Of a stretch of 64,000 bases of DNA, positions 1 through 11,680 are shown in pieces (position 1 is the stretch's first letter; each line of letters opens with the position of its first letter). Location of the stretch: positions 101,413 through 165,412 of the forward strand of contig NIVC01002517.1 of the NCBI GenBank assembly GCA_002269645.1, written 5' to 3'. The notes under the pieces are model-generated. The model was not told where the DNA came from and did not search any database. It saw only the letters and a program-made list of their open reading frames with translations. This stretch comes from Macrostomum lignano. Its lineage: Eukaryota. Made by a program: the position numbers and the translations under genes.

Positions 1-596
1 GCAGACAAACCAAACAGCTGCACTCTCTTGGGAAATTGCCCGAGTGTTATCCCCAACCCTGCTGGAACTGGAATTATGGGATCTGCTGGCAGATTTCCCA
101 CCGAATTTCAGTGATGAAGCAAAGCGAAAAGATCCTCATGGAGAATGGCGGAGCGCGGCAGAGTGTCTCTCTGCCAGCTTCAGGCAAAGTCAGCCTCATC
201 AATCTTTTATTTGCATGCAAAGCAGCGGAGGACAAAATAATCAATCAATCCATTCTTGGAATCCAGATTATCTATAAAAAAAAGTGCGAAAAAGTCACGA
301 GCTTAGCCGTGAGATTAGCACTCGACCATGTCAGCCTTCTGACAGCGTGAAGGCTTCAAGGGTTCGCGACCTTGGAGATTAAATTAGTGCTGCCCTAAAG
401 TCCATACATGTTATGTGGTGGATTTCCACTGAGCCGTTAATGTTGCTAAAATTGTAAAATGACTTCTTCGCTTAGCTGAGCAAACAGCTGCCGATTTCAT
501 GTTTTATTCATTAGGTTCGTTTCATGATATTTTGCTTCAATTCCACATTTCTATGCAGACTGCATTTAACTCACCAATCTCTGCTTTTGCTCATTT

Positions 597-1720
597 GTGA
601 CTGCCTCTCCAGGTCTCTGGCGCCTCTCCCTGCCTCTCCAGGTCTCTGGCGCCTCTTCCTGCCTCTCCATGTCTCTGGCGCCTCTCCCTGCCTCTCCATG
701 TCTCTGGCGCCTCTCCCTGCCTCTCTACCTCTCCCTGCCTCTCTCTACCTCTCCCTGTCTCTCTACCTCTCCCTTCCTCTCCAGGTCTCTGGCGCCTCTC
801 CCTGTCTCTCTACCTCTCCCTGCCTCTCCAGGTCTCTGGCGCCTCTCCCTGTCTCTCTACCTCTCCCTGCATCTCCAGGTCTCTGGCGCCTCTCCCTGCC
901 TCTCCAGGTCTCTGGCGCCTCTCCCTGTCTCTCTACCTCTCCCTGCATCTCCAGGTCTCTGGCGCCTCTCCCTGCCTCTCCAGGTCTCTGGCGCCTCTCC
1001 CTGCCTCTCTACCTCTCCCTGCCTCTCTACCTCTCCCTGCCTCTCTCTACCTCTCCCTGTCTCTCTACCTCTCCCTGCCTCTCCAGGTCTCTGGCGCCTC
1101 TCCCTGCCTCTCTACCTCTCCCTTCCTCTCCAGGTCTCTGGCGCCTCTCCCTTCCTCTCCAGGTCTCTGGCGCCTCTCCCTGCCTCTCTACCTCTCCCTG
1201 CATCTCCAGGTCTCTGGCGCCTCTCCCTGTCTCTCTACCTCTCCCTGCATCTCCAGGTCTCTGGCGCCTCTCCCTGCCTCTCCAGGTCTCTGGCGCCTCT
1301 CCCTGCCTCTCCAGGTCTCTGGCGCCTCTCCCTGCCTCTCCAGGTCTCTGGCGCCTCTCCCTGCCTCTCCAGGTCTCTGGCGCCTCTCCCTGTCTCTCCA
1401 GGTCTCTGGCGCCTCTCCCTGCCTCTCCAGGTCTCTGGCGCCTCTCCCCGCCTCTCTACCTCTCCCTGTCTCTCTACCTCTCCCTGTCTCTCTACCTCTC
1501 CCTGTCTCTCTACCTCTCCCTGTCTCTCTACCTCTCCCCGCCTCTCTACCTCTCCCTGTCTCTCTACCTCTCCCCGCCTCTCTACCTCTCCCTGTCTCTC
1601 TACCTCTCCCTGCCTCTCTCTACCTCTCCCTGTCTCTCTACCTCTCCCTGCCTCTCTACCTCTCCCTGTCTCTCTACCTCTCCCCGCCTCTCTCTACCTC
1701 TCCCTGTCTCTCTCAACCTC
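597..1720. repeat. Pyrimidine-rich minisatellite (29-bp unit interspersed with 18-20-bp units)
   Basis: The unit ctccctgcctctccaggtctctggcgcct recurs with period 29 (601/630), mixed with ctctacctctccctg(c/t)ct units. The ORFs at 524..1762 and 597..1778 are translations of the repeat. Confidence 0.95.
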
Positions 1721-2419
1721 TCTCCACTTCTCTGTAGTTTCCAACTGTCTCTCTATAAATAAAGTATGGCAGCCATGACCGGGTGAATTTTAGCAATATG
1801 GATAATTTTAGGATCATAGCTATAGCCAATAAGCTCCCTAATTAAACAACAACAACACTAATAATAGGGGCAGTGCCAGCCATCTCTGTCAAATTCTAGC
1901 ACACGCATCAAGCACGATAAGTGCCGGCTTGTGGTATCTACCGGGTCCCTGCAGCTCAGGACGTTGCTCCAAATTTTAGGACGCAAAGCCAGACTCAAGG
2001 ATGCCTATTATAATAATTACTACGAGTATATCTAAGCTCTCGCTGGATTCCCTCTTGAAGTTCTAAATTTAGAAACTGGTTAAGCTAAGAAAAGCAATTT
2101 TCCATCGCATTAAGCGGTCCCCTCTGTTGCTTAATTCCGTCAATAGCTTTCAAGCTGACCGGATCGAATACTTGAGTTGGGATCGTCTTTAAAAATATTC
2201 CCCCAAGAGTTCGTAAGTCCAACATCGATATTTTCAAGCTCACACGAGTACAGCACGAAATTCTCCGGGGCTAAAAGAATAAATGCTCAGGTTGGGCCAA
2301 TAGCAGCGGTTTGGGATGCATAGACTTAAGCGCGTGGTCTTCTTTAATACCAAGCGCTTGGTAGCAAAACCTGTTTTGAAAATTCTAAAGAAAGCCGCTT
2401 CAGTTCAAGGCTTCAAGCA

Positions 2420-4084
2420 ATGGAAATTCAAGAACTGCCGGAGTCGCCAAAAAGACCGCAACTATGGGTGGCACCCTGCTCTGTGGGTGGAAATGACAGG
2501 ACTGGAAGTGGAACTAGAATCCAACGCGGAACCGGAAGCGCTACTAAAATTCAAAGCGGAACCGGAAGCATGGCTGGAATCCAAAGCAGGGCTGGAAGTC
2601 AACCTGTAATCCAAAGCGGAACCGGAAGCGGAGCTGGAGGAATCCAGAGCAGAACCGGAAGTCGACCTGGAATCCAGAGCGGAACCGGAAGTATGGCTGG
2701 AATCCAAAGCGGAACCGGAAGCGGATATGGAGGAATCCAAAGCGGAACTGGAAGCGGATATGGAGGAATCCAAAGCGGAACCGGAAGCGGATCTGGAGGA
2801 ACCCAAAGCGGAATCGGAAGCGGATATGGAGGAATCCAAAGCGGAACCGGAAGCGGATCTGGAGGAACCCAAAGCGGAACCGGAAGCGGATCTGGAGGAA
2901 TCCAAAGCGGAACTGGAAGCGGATATGGAGGAATCCAAAGCGGAACCGGAAGCGGATCTGGAGGAACCCAAAGCGGAATCGGAAGCGGATATGGAGGAAT
3001 CCAAAGCGGAACCGGAAGCGGATCTGGAGGAACCCAAAGCGGAATCGGAAGCGGATATGGAGGAATCCAGAGCGGAACCGGAAGCGGATATGGAGGAATC
3101 CAGAGCGGAACCGGAAGAGGAGCTGGAGGAACCCAAACCGGAACCGGAAGCGGATCTGGAGGAACCCAAAGCGGAATCGGAAGCGGATCTGGAGGAATCC
3201 AAAGCGGAACTGGAAGCGGATATGGAGGAATCCAAAGCGGAACCGGAAGCGGATCTGGAGGAACCCAAAGCGGAATCGGAAGCGGATATGGAGGAATCCA
3301 AAGCGGAACCGGAAGCGGATCTGGAGGAACCCAAAGCGGAATCGGAAGCGGATATGGAGGAATCCAGAGCGGAACCGGAAGCGGATATGGAGGAATCCAG
3401 AGCGGAACCGGAAGCGGATCTGGAGGAACCCAAACCGGAACCGGAAGCGGATCTGGAGGAACCCAAACCGGAACCGGAAGTGGACCTGGAATTCAAGGCA
3501 AGACCGGAAAGCAGACCGGAGATGGAACTCAAGCCAGTAGCGACAGCACCACCGAAAGCATCGCTAAAAACTGGTGCGGCATCGGAAGCGGCACGTCTGC
3601 CGCCACAGTTGGCTGCATCGCCGCACTCGGATGCGCGGATATCGAAGCCGGAAATGGCAACGCGGATGCCAGCAGCAGGTGTCAGGCACAGCTTAATTGT
3701 CAGCCGTTGCAGCAGCAACAGCCGCCGCCGCTGCCGTCGCTGTCCTCCACGCTTAGTCGCGATCGTCGAACTCAGCCGGGCAACGCGCAGGGCACAACCT
3801 ATCTGGGCATGTCGCTGATCACCTGCCTGTGCTTCAACTGCCTGCTCGGCTCAGTGGCGGTGGCCCTGTCGCTCAGGTCGCACCGGCTTCTACTGGCCAG
3901 AGACTGGCGTCGGGCCGCCCGGCTGGGCCGGTGGGCGCTGGCCGTCAGCGCGGCCGGCATCCTCAGCAGCATGGCGGCGGTGGCGCTGCTGTTCACCGAG
4001 GCGGGAGGCTTCGGCGGCAGCTTCGGCGTAGCAGGCGGCCGCCAGAACGACGGGGCTTCGGGTATGGCCAGGACCCGGCCATGA
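2420..4084 (+). CDS. CD225/dispanin-family membrane protein with long Gly/Ser-rich repeat N-terminus (554 aa, single exon)
   Basis: ATG-to-TGA ORF. The C-terminal segment TYLGMSLITCLCFNCLLGSVAVALSLRSHRLLLARDWRRAARLGRWALAVSAAGILSSMAAVALLF matches the CD225 pattern: two hydrophobic segments, Cys in the first, and a D-x-x-x-A-x-R loop. The N-terminus has about 26 copies of an 11-aa unit GGIQSGTGSG(Y/S), from a 33-bp repeat. Confidence 0.75.
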   Translation: MEIQELPESPKRPQLWVAPCSVGGNDRTGSGTRIQRGTGSATKIQSGTGSMAGIQSRAGSQPVIQSGTGSGAGGIQSRTGSRPGIQSGTGSMAGIQSGTGSGYGGIQSGTGSGYGGIQSGTGSGSGGTQSGIGSGYGGIQSGTGSGSGGTQSGTGSGSGGIQSGTGSGYGGIQSGTGSGSGGTQSGIGSGYGGIQSGTGSGSGGTQSGIGSGYGGIQSGTGSGYGGIQSGTGRGAGGTQTGTGSGSGGTQSGIGSGSGGIQSGTGSGYGGIQSGTGSGSGGTQSGIGSGYGGIQSGTGSGSGGTQSGIGSGYGGIQSGTGSGYGGIQSGTGSGSGGTQTGTGSGSGGTQTGTGSGPGIQGKTGKQTGDGTQASSDSTTESIAKNWCGIGSGTSAATVGCIAALGCADIEAGNGNADASSRCQAQLNCQPLQQQQPPPLPSLSSTLSRDRRTQPGNAQGTTYLGMSLITCLCFNCLLGSVAVALSLRSHRLLLARDWRRAARLGRWALAVSAAGILSSMAAVALLFTEAGGFGGSFGVAGGRQNDGASGMARTRP

Positions 4085-5028
4085 ACTGTGAAGGGTTTGG
4101 CACGGGAGTTCTCGTGCGATTCACAGCCAAGAGGGCCAGTTCCGAGGCCCTGAGAGTGTACATGCCGTTGTACACCCTGTGTGAGCGTGTCAGTGCGTGC
4201 GCTTGAATAAGCTTAATTATACCCATCTTCGTGCTTAAAATAATTTTAAGAGCTTCAGAAATATTAAGGCTAACACTGGATGAAAAAAATCTTGTTAGGG
4301 TGTCCATAGGCATCTGGTGCCATCTGTTGAAGGTGCCGATGGCGTCTGTGTGATGACGGAATGCTTGAGAGACTAGCTGAGGGTGTCTAGCGGTTGAGGC
4401 TTGCCCACTGTAGAAGCTTGATCAGCGAAACTCGAGAAATTCGCAACAGGGTGTGTTGATGAAATTTGGAGGCTTGGCAAGGCAGCACTGAGGCGCACAG
4501 GGTTGTATTGAATACACTGGCGCTTGTGGGACAAATCAGACCTTCTGGCAGAATCGTTGAATATCTCGACAGTCCGGAATGCTGGCGACTTGATTCTTAT
4601 TTGAGAAGCTGTGCAATAAAAGTTTGCGCGTACTCTTGAATTTTTTGTGCGCTTGCAGTGCTCCGTTCCGACGTAGCAAAAAGCCATAATAAATAAAATA
4701 AATAAATATGCGAGCCAATCTGTAATACGATTGACAGCTTGAAAACCAGTCCAGTAATTATTGCACTTAACAAACAAAAACAAGAAACAATTTTTTATTA
4801 GTATAGAAAAAATTGATTAGAAGAGAAATATGAAGAAAAGGCTGAATTTACACTACAGCAGTGCCAGACTAGCATCAGAATTCGATTTGCGAGGTACAAA
4901 TAGAGGTCAGTAGTAAATGAAGAAAACAATTTCTTAGTATAATTTAAAGCAAGCTCTCTCGCCAGAGAAAAAAAATCGATTTTTGTTAGAGAGAAACAGC
5001 TGTTTCAGATGGTCAGATAAGCACGCAA

Positions 5029-5651
5029 AGGGGCGTAACCAGGAAGCCACATCATCTGTGGGAGCGTCAAATCATTACTGGGTCTAATCTCAAGCCAGGA
5101 GCTTTAGCACCAGAGGCTTTAGCACAGCAGCGCCAGCACCGGGCTTTAGCACCAGGGGCTTTAGCACCAGGGGCTTTAGCACCAGAGGCTTTAGCACCAG
5201 AGGCTTTAGCACAGCAGCGCCAGCACCGGGCTTTAGCACCAGGGGCTTTAGCACCAGAGGCTTTAGCACAGCAGCGCCAGCACCGGGCTTTAGCACCAGG
5301 GGCTTTAGCACCAGAGGCTTTAGCACCAGAGGCTTTAGCACCAGAGGCTTTAGCACGGCAGCGCCAGCACCGGGCTTTAGCACCAGGGGCTTTAGCACCA
5401 GAGGCTTTAGCACCAGAGGCTTTAGCACAGCAGCGCCAGCACCGGGCTTTAGCACCAGGGGCTTTAGCACCAGAGGCTTTAGCACCAGAGGCTTTAGCAC
5501 GGCAGCGCCAGCACCGGGCTTTAGCACCAGGGGCTTTAGCACCAGAGGCTTTCGCACAGCAGCGCCAGCACCGGGCTTTAGCACCAGGGGCTTTAGCAAA
5601 AGGGGCGCCGTTTGAGGGGGCGCCAGCAACTTGGCCCTTGGCTACGCCTCT
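5029..5651. mobile_element. MITE-like element with internal 15-bp minisatellite
   Basis: Imperfect terminal inverted repeats (ggggcgtaaccagg at ~5030; ccttggctacgcctc at ~5637-5651) enclose an array of gctttagcacca(g/r)rg units at 5090-5600. Confidence 0.5.
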
Positions 5652-5960
5652 AGGAATACTTACATGTAATCTAATCATCTACTTGACTAAGTGTAAATAT
5701 TTAAACTACATAATTACTTCACTGTTTGTCTAAAACAAGGAATAATACGCTTTACATTCGCCTCTCGCTACTTGCGAGTTAGCAATCAAGGACTGACAGT
5801 TGGGCAAGAAAACCCTCAACCAGAAAATTTGCGAGTAGGCGTGATAAAAATACATATTAAAATAGTAAAATAAAATCTTTTAAAATAAAAGCTGACGCAA
5901 TTCGACGTGGGAGCTGCAATAAACAAACATTGCTACTAACAGTAGCTGAATTCGACTGAG

Positions 5961-8900
5961 TCAAAGCGACTGAAATACGTTATACTTCTCAGAGAAAGAG
6001 ACTGCGCTCATTTTGACTTGATTTCGGCGATTCTGCCCGATCCGGGCGCGCATGTCGGCCAGGCTGACATTGCCGAGCGGGTCAGCGCCGGTGGTCGGCG
6101 CGGCCGGCGGCGGCAGCTGCGACGGGGCGGACTTTTGTGGTAACGGTGCAGCTCTGAGAGACTGCGGCTGGCTCTCCTGCTGCTGAATGAGGCAGTTTAG
6201 AGAGGTTATGAGATGTTTGCCCAGGCTGGGGGTATGGGAAGTTCGCCTGGCAACTGAGGATCTGGGAGGCTGGCCTAGCAACTGAAAATCTGGCAGGCTG
6301 GCACAGCAACTGATGATCTCGGAGGCTGGCCCAGCAACTGAGGATCTGGGAAGGAGGTTGGCGCAGCAACCGAGGATGTGGGAGGCTGTCCCAGCAACTG
6401 AGGATCTGGTAGGCTGGCTCAGCAAATGAGGATCTGGTAGGCTGGCTCAGCAAATGAGGATCTGGTAGGCTGGTTCAGCAACTGAGAATCTGGGAGGCTG
6501 GCACAGCAACTGAGGATCTGGTAGGCTGGCTCAGCAAATGAGAATCTGGGAGGCTGGCACAGCAACTGAGGATCTGGGAGGCTGGCACAGCAACTGAGGA
6601 TCTGGGAGGCTGGCCCAGCAACTGAGGATCTGGGAGGCTGGCACAGCAACTGAGGATCTGGTAGGCTGGCACAGCAACTGAGGATCTGGTAGGCTGGCAC
6701 AGCAACTGAGGATCTGGGAGGCTGGCACAGCAACTGAGGATCTGGGAGGCTGGCACAGCAACTGAGGATCTGGGAGGCTGTCCCAGCAAATGAGGATCTG
6801 GTAGGCTGGCACAGCAACTGAGGATCTGGTAGGCTGGCACAGCAACTGAGGATCTGGGAGGCTGGCACAGCAACTGAGGATCTGGGAGGCTGGCACAGCA
6901 ACTGAGGATCTGGGAGGCTGGCACAGCAACTGAGGATCTGGGAGGCTGGCTGGCACAGCAACTGAGGATCTGGGAGGCTGGCACAGCAACTGAGAATCTG
7001 GGAGGCTGGCACAGCAACTGAGAATCTGGAAGGCTGGCACAGCAACTGAGGATCTGGGAGGCTGGCACAGCAACTGAGGATCTGGGAGGCTGGCACAGCA
7101 ACTGAGGATCTGGGAGGGCCAGCGAGTGCAAGCAGCCAGCAGGCTCACCGGCGCCTCAGCAGACTGAACAGATGCGCTGTCGCTGGCCGCGGCGCAGTCG
7201 GCGTTGCCGCTGTCCTTCTCTGCCGACATGCTGGCCTCGACGGGCCGGCGGTCGGGCGTGACGCAACGAACAACGCCGGGCACGGCGGAGCTGAGCTGCA
7301 GGCCGGCTTGCCGGAAGCGCCGGAGCGACTGCGGGCTGCAGACGAACAGGTCGACCCGGCCCGGCTGCGCCTTCACCCGGCTGACCACCGTGGCGTGCGA
7401 GGCGTCTTCTGTGAGGGGGGCAGTGCAATTTGTTAGACAGGGTATGACAGTCTGTTAGACAGGGTAGATAGAAGCCTGTTAGACAGGGTGTATAGAAGTC
7501 TGTTAGACAGGATATAGAAATGAGGCAGCTTGTTATAAATCATCTATATTACTTATAGCAGTAGCTAATCGCAACTTTTTATCCTGGCCAATCAGCAAAT
7601 TTCTTCCCCTTTTTGTTTAAATTACAGGTTTGTTAAAACGATACTTTGTTAAAAATTCCTTTTTATTTTTGTTTAAATGTCTTATGTTCACCCCCCCTCC
7701 TTTGTCAACGATTATATAAAGAGACAACTTGGACCGCCAAATATACAACTCGCGCTCACCCTCGTTTCTCAACTAAAAACTCAATAACTCTTAGCGATTG
7801 GAGTGTTCAACCTTAAACTTCCGCTAAGACTTGTTTTCGCTTTTTTATTTATTGAATAGGGAAACTTGAGGTCGTGGAGACCAAGAATTAGGGATCTGAA
7901 TAGGGAAACTTGAGGTCGTGGAGACCAAGAATTAGGGATCTGAATAGGGAAACTTGAGGTCGTGGAGACCAAGAATTAGGGATCTGAATAGGGAAACTTG
8001 AGGTCGTGGAGACCAAGAATTAGGGATCTGAATAGGGAAACTTGAGGTCGTGGAGACCAAGAATTAGGGATTTAAATAGGGAAACTTGAGGTCGTGGAGA
8101 CCAAGAATTAGGGATTTAAATAGGGAAACTTGAGGTCGTGGAGACCAAGAATTAGGGATTTAAATAGGGAAACTTGAGGTCGTGGAGACCAAGAATTAGG
8201 GATTTAAATAGGGAAACTTGAGGTCGTGGAGACCAAGAATTAGGGATTTAAATAGGGAAACTTGAGGTCGTGGAGACCAAGAATTAGGGATTTAAATAGG
8301 GAAACTTGAGGTCGTGGAGACCAAGAATTAGGGATTTAAATAGGGAAACTTGAGGTCGTGGAGACCAAGAATTAGGGATCTGAATAGGGAAACTTGAGGT
8401 CGTGGAGACCAAGCATAGAAACCTGAGTAGGGAGATCGAGATCGTATAGATCTTAAGAAAGCCGTGCGGGCTAATAATAGACATTAAGGATTAGGCATTA
8501 GGAATAGTTTAGCTACTGCTGGACACCCTTGATCCTCGGAAAACGCTAGACTTTCGGACTAAAACTAGGGAATTAGACAGTGTCTTACCGCTCGGGCACT
8601 ACACGCTATCACAAGGTTTCCAAGAAATCGTGTGAAATTAGAGAAAGGTCATAGTTTAGGGCAGCCAATACCACTAGAAATAGACAGCTTAGTGATAAGA
8701 ACCAGAAAGTCTGTAAAGATTCAGTAGCTTTAAGGTGAAATTGCAGTTAGGAACGATTACGTCGGCGACACTTGGTGGGATATCGAAGAAGAAGGAAACA
8801 CGTCTGTGACAGAAATCTGTTAGAAAGTTTACATACATCTATAGATCTTTTTGCCAAGTGTATTTAGGAACCCATCAGACACTACTATTCTAATATTTGA

Positions 8901-9960
8901 CCTTGATTGGAAGCAATTAAAAATAGAACTATTGGTATAGTATATAAACAAAAGCAACTTATAACAAGTTTTTCTGGGCAGAAATTAGTTTCATTGATTT
9001 TAGTTCATAAAAATGATCATTGGGTACTAGACACAATTACATGCTTCATTCTAGGTAGTAATTTTAGGAATCTATCTCCAAAATTTGGCAGCTCTCTACT
9101 TGCCATGAATACATATTTAGATAACTATATTATACTGTCTAAAGTTATATTTTACTTCTAGATTGTAATTTAGTATGCAAACTAAAACTATGTATTTGCA
9201 TATCAAGTATTTTGCAATATTTGCAGTCAATTAGGTTTTAGGAAAAAGCTTCTCCAACTATATCTATATTAACACTCATTAAGTAGTGTTATACTGGGCC
9301 TACTTAAAATTTGTTGAAGCTTAATAATTGCCATCAGCATCAGATATAGCTATTTTATTATGTATCAATACATTTTGTAGCAAAAAAGAACAATACTCAA
9401 TAATGACAAAACACAACAATTTTTAGATAAAATAGATACCATCATATCATAATAAATAAATATCATCATATACACCATATTATATAAAAACCCAGTCAAA
9501 TAATTGCAATTTCTCTGTCCTTGATTACCATTAAAATATATAATATATCTTGAAAATCAATCAGCTCAAGGTTATTACTGAAAGTAATTATTTTTGTTTA
9601 AAGTAAAGCAAAGTAAAACAAACAACAATAAGATAAATAATACATGTAAACAAATTTTCACAAGAACAGCATACTGAAAATTTGAATAAAAACAGTGTAA
9701 GCTATATTGGATATCTCGAAAAGTAGTTGTCAATAAACTAAGCAATAATGAATATACTTACCAACATTTATTCCATTGACTTCAATCACAATATCATTTG
9801 CTCGCAGACCACCAAGAGCAGCTGGAGACAGAGGATCAACTTTGCCAATAAACTGCCCTGTCTTCCCCTTCTCTGCATGAAGATTGAATCCATAACCAGC
9901 AAAGTCATCCCACTTTCTAAGCATGCATAGTCGTGGCTTCTGGTTTTCAGGAACATTCAT
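5961..9960 (-). CDS. NHERF1: NHERF/EBP50 (Sip1-like) single-PDZ scaffold protein, 3 exons, ~226 aa
   Basis: Exons 9960-9762, 7408-7149 and 6182-5961 have GT-AG sites and consistent phases (1, 0). The spliced PDZ reads PRLCMLRKWDDFAGYGFNLHAEKGKTGQFIGKVDPLSPAALGGLRANDIVIEVNGINV-E-DASHATVVSRVKAQPGRVDLFV. The C-terminal ERM-binding-type helix reads LADMRARIGQNRRNQVKMSAVSFSEKYNVFQSL*. Family-level assignment only. Confidence 0.85.
6230..7120. repeat. 28-bp minisatellite (~30 copies) filling NHERF intron 2
   Basis: Unit gctggcacagcaactgaggatctgggag. The overlapping ORFs at 6082-7131 repeat every 28 aa, as expected for 3 x 28 nt. Confidence 0.95.
7855..8412. repeat. 44-bp tandem array (~12.5 copies) in NHERF intron 1
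   Basis: Unit aatagggaaacttgaggtcgtggagaccaagaattagggat(ctg/tta), period 44 (7861/7905). Confidence 0.95.
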
Positions 9961-10691
9961 TGATTCGATGGCGTCTTTGAAAACAAAAATCGATGTTTAT
10001 GCTTCCATTAAAATTAAAGTATTATGAGTAGTAGGACTAGGAGTAGTAGGATTAGGAGCAGTATCAAAACATGTAAAATTGCAAAAACACAGACAAAAAT
10101 AACAAAAAGGACAGAATACAGACTTTATATAAAATAATATAATGAAATAGGTTACTCAAATGTATGTTGGTGTATGAGTGTGAATTCGACTTCGACAGGG
10201 AAACAAAATGCAGCTTCTTTGAAAATTGATTTTTTAATTTATATGTGCACGATAACTTACGTAATTTTCAAATCCGTCGGGTTATATGGTCAACTATATC
10301 TATCAGACTGGAGAGCTTGTCTTTAATGCATTATCTTTTAGTGCATTCAAATTATATAGTTTGATGATAAATATACAATAATTTTTCATAGAAATGGATA
10401 GATTCGAGCAAACACGCATCGTGAATATTATCCGACGAAGTTAAAACGCAATAATAATAATAGACATCTCAAAGCTGTACGTACATGTGCCTGTGAAAAC
10501 CGTGAGAAGGGAAATTCGAACCAATGTTAATTATATACATGATTGATTTTTTGCTGAAAATGCTGTTGCGAGTTACTGGCGCCCTACTAGACAAACTAGA
10601 CAAACAGTCTTTGCAGTCTTAATTTATTTGCGGTAAAGTTGCGCGTCTCAGAAAAAGTAGAATTAAGAAGGTGAGCGCTATCATTTTTTAT

Positions 10692-10727
10692 GCGACATGT
10701 TTCGCCTCGCGTCAGGCATCGTCAGGC
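10692..10727 (-). ncRNA. Minimal hammerhead ribozyme motif (PLE pLTR, sense copy)
   Basis: The reverse complement reads gc-CTGACGA-t-gcct-gacgcg-aggc-GAAAC-ATGT-C-gc: conserved core, 4-bp stem II, palindromic stem III (ACATGT) and a GUC triplet. Stem I is only about 2 bp. Confidence 0.65.
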
Positions 10728-10871
10728 TCTTAAAATCAGTAACGATTTATTTGTTCATTTATATTTAACAATTAAGACTAAGAACGGGTCGATAAAAGTC
10801 AGAAATGTATGTAAATTAACAGTAGATTGTACAGTCCGACGGAGCGCTCACAGAGTTGCAATGAGGGGAGA

Positions 10872-10949
<78 letters not shown>

Positions 10950-11611
10950 GAGTGAGATGAGCACAAGTGTACACCTAGAATACTCTAAGGAGGGCACTGG
11001 CACCGTGATTGGCAAGTTGCTTATTTAGGATTGGTCTACGCGATTTTATATACAGGGCTTCAAGCACTTTTAGTCTGTACTCATTTGAGCACGTATGGAT
11101 GGTGGAAAAGTTTTTATCTATTTGGCTGTCACAGCATTCTTTGCATATCATCAGGTGGTCGTGCACGGCCGACATCTTTTGCCTATGTTCTCTACTTCTC
11201 ACGTACAGGTGTCGGGTAGTTTCACCTATGTAGGTGATACTCTGGTCGCCAGAGCATTGAAATTGGTAAACGACACCTGCCCGTAAGGAGCTGGGAACGC
11301 GGCATTTCAAATTCTTAACAAAACGACCGATTTTCTCGCAACGGAAAGTGACCATGAGCTTCACATTTAAATACTTATTAAACGCTCTGATGAGGTTCTT
11401 TTTAAAATGAACAGAAGAAGCAGGCCCATAGAAAGGAATGGAGATATGGGTGCAATCAATCCTCAGATCTTTCTGTTCTTTCTTATTCTGTCTATTGTTA
11501 GGATTCGCGAGTTTACCATCAATGAATTTCCTAATGTGGTAATCGAGGAACCGTTTCGGGTAGTTGTTTTTTTCATATAAATCAACAAATAAATCGTTAC
11601 TAATTTTAAGA

Positions 11612-11647
11612 GCCTGACGATGCCTGACGCGAGGCGAAACATGTCGC
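11612..11647 (+). ncRNA. Minimal hammerhead ribozyme motif (inverted pLTR copy)
   Basis: gcCTGACGAtgcctgacgcgaggcGAAACATGTCgc, identical to the minus-strand copy at 10692-10727. Confidence 0.65.
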
Positions 11648-11680
11648 ATAAAAAATGATAGCGATCACCTTCTTAATTCT

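Noticed and set aside
2-182. Open frame QTNQTAALSWEIARVLSPTLLELELWDLLADFPPNF...ASF as a partial exon
   Set aside because: It looks protein-like, but no family was recognised and there is only a weak GC-type donor; insufficient support.
2462-3818. Long overlapping ORFs (Glu-rich 2727..3818 +; Ser-rich 2462..3718 -) as dual-coding genes
   Set aside because: The 33-bp unit is a multiple of 3 and stop-free in those frames, so long ORFs arise automatically. Only the Gly/Ser frame connects to a recognisable domain.
7855-8412. Regularly spaced repeats as a CRISPR array (also considered for 47470-48070 and 29625-30175)
   Set aside because: The units are head-to-tail with no unique spacers, there are no cas genes and the context is eukaryotic.
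8560-8620. tRNA-like A-box on the minus strand (gcgtgtagtgcccgagcggtaag)
   Set aside because: No B-box or cloverleaf follows, so it cannot be called a tRNA or SINE.
10690-11028. Plus-strand ORF sharing its first 22 aa with the minus-strand GIY-YIG ORF
   Set aside because: This is a consequence of the inverted pLTR. The shared peptide is the antisense of the hammerhead region, not protein.
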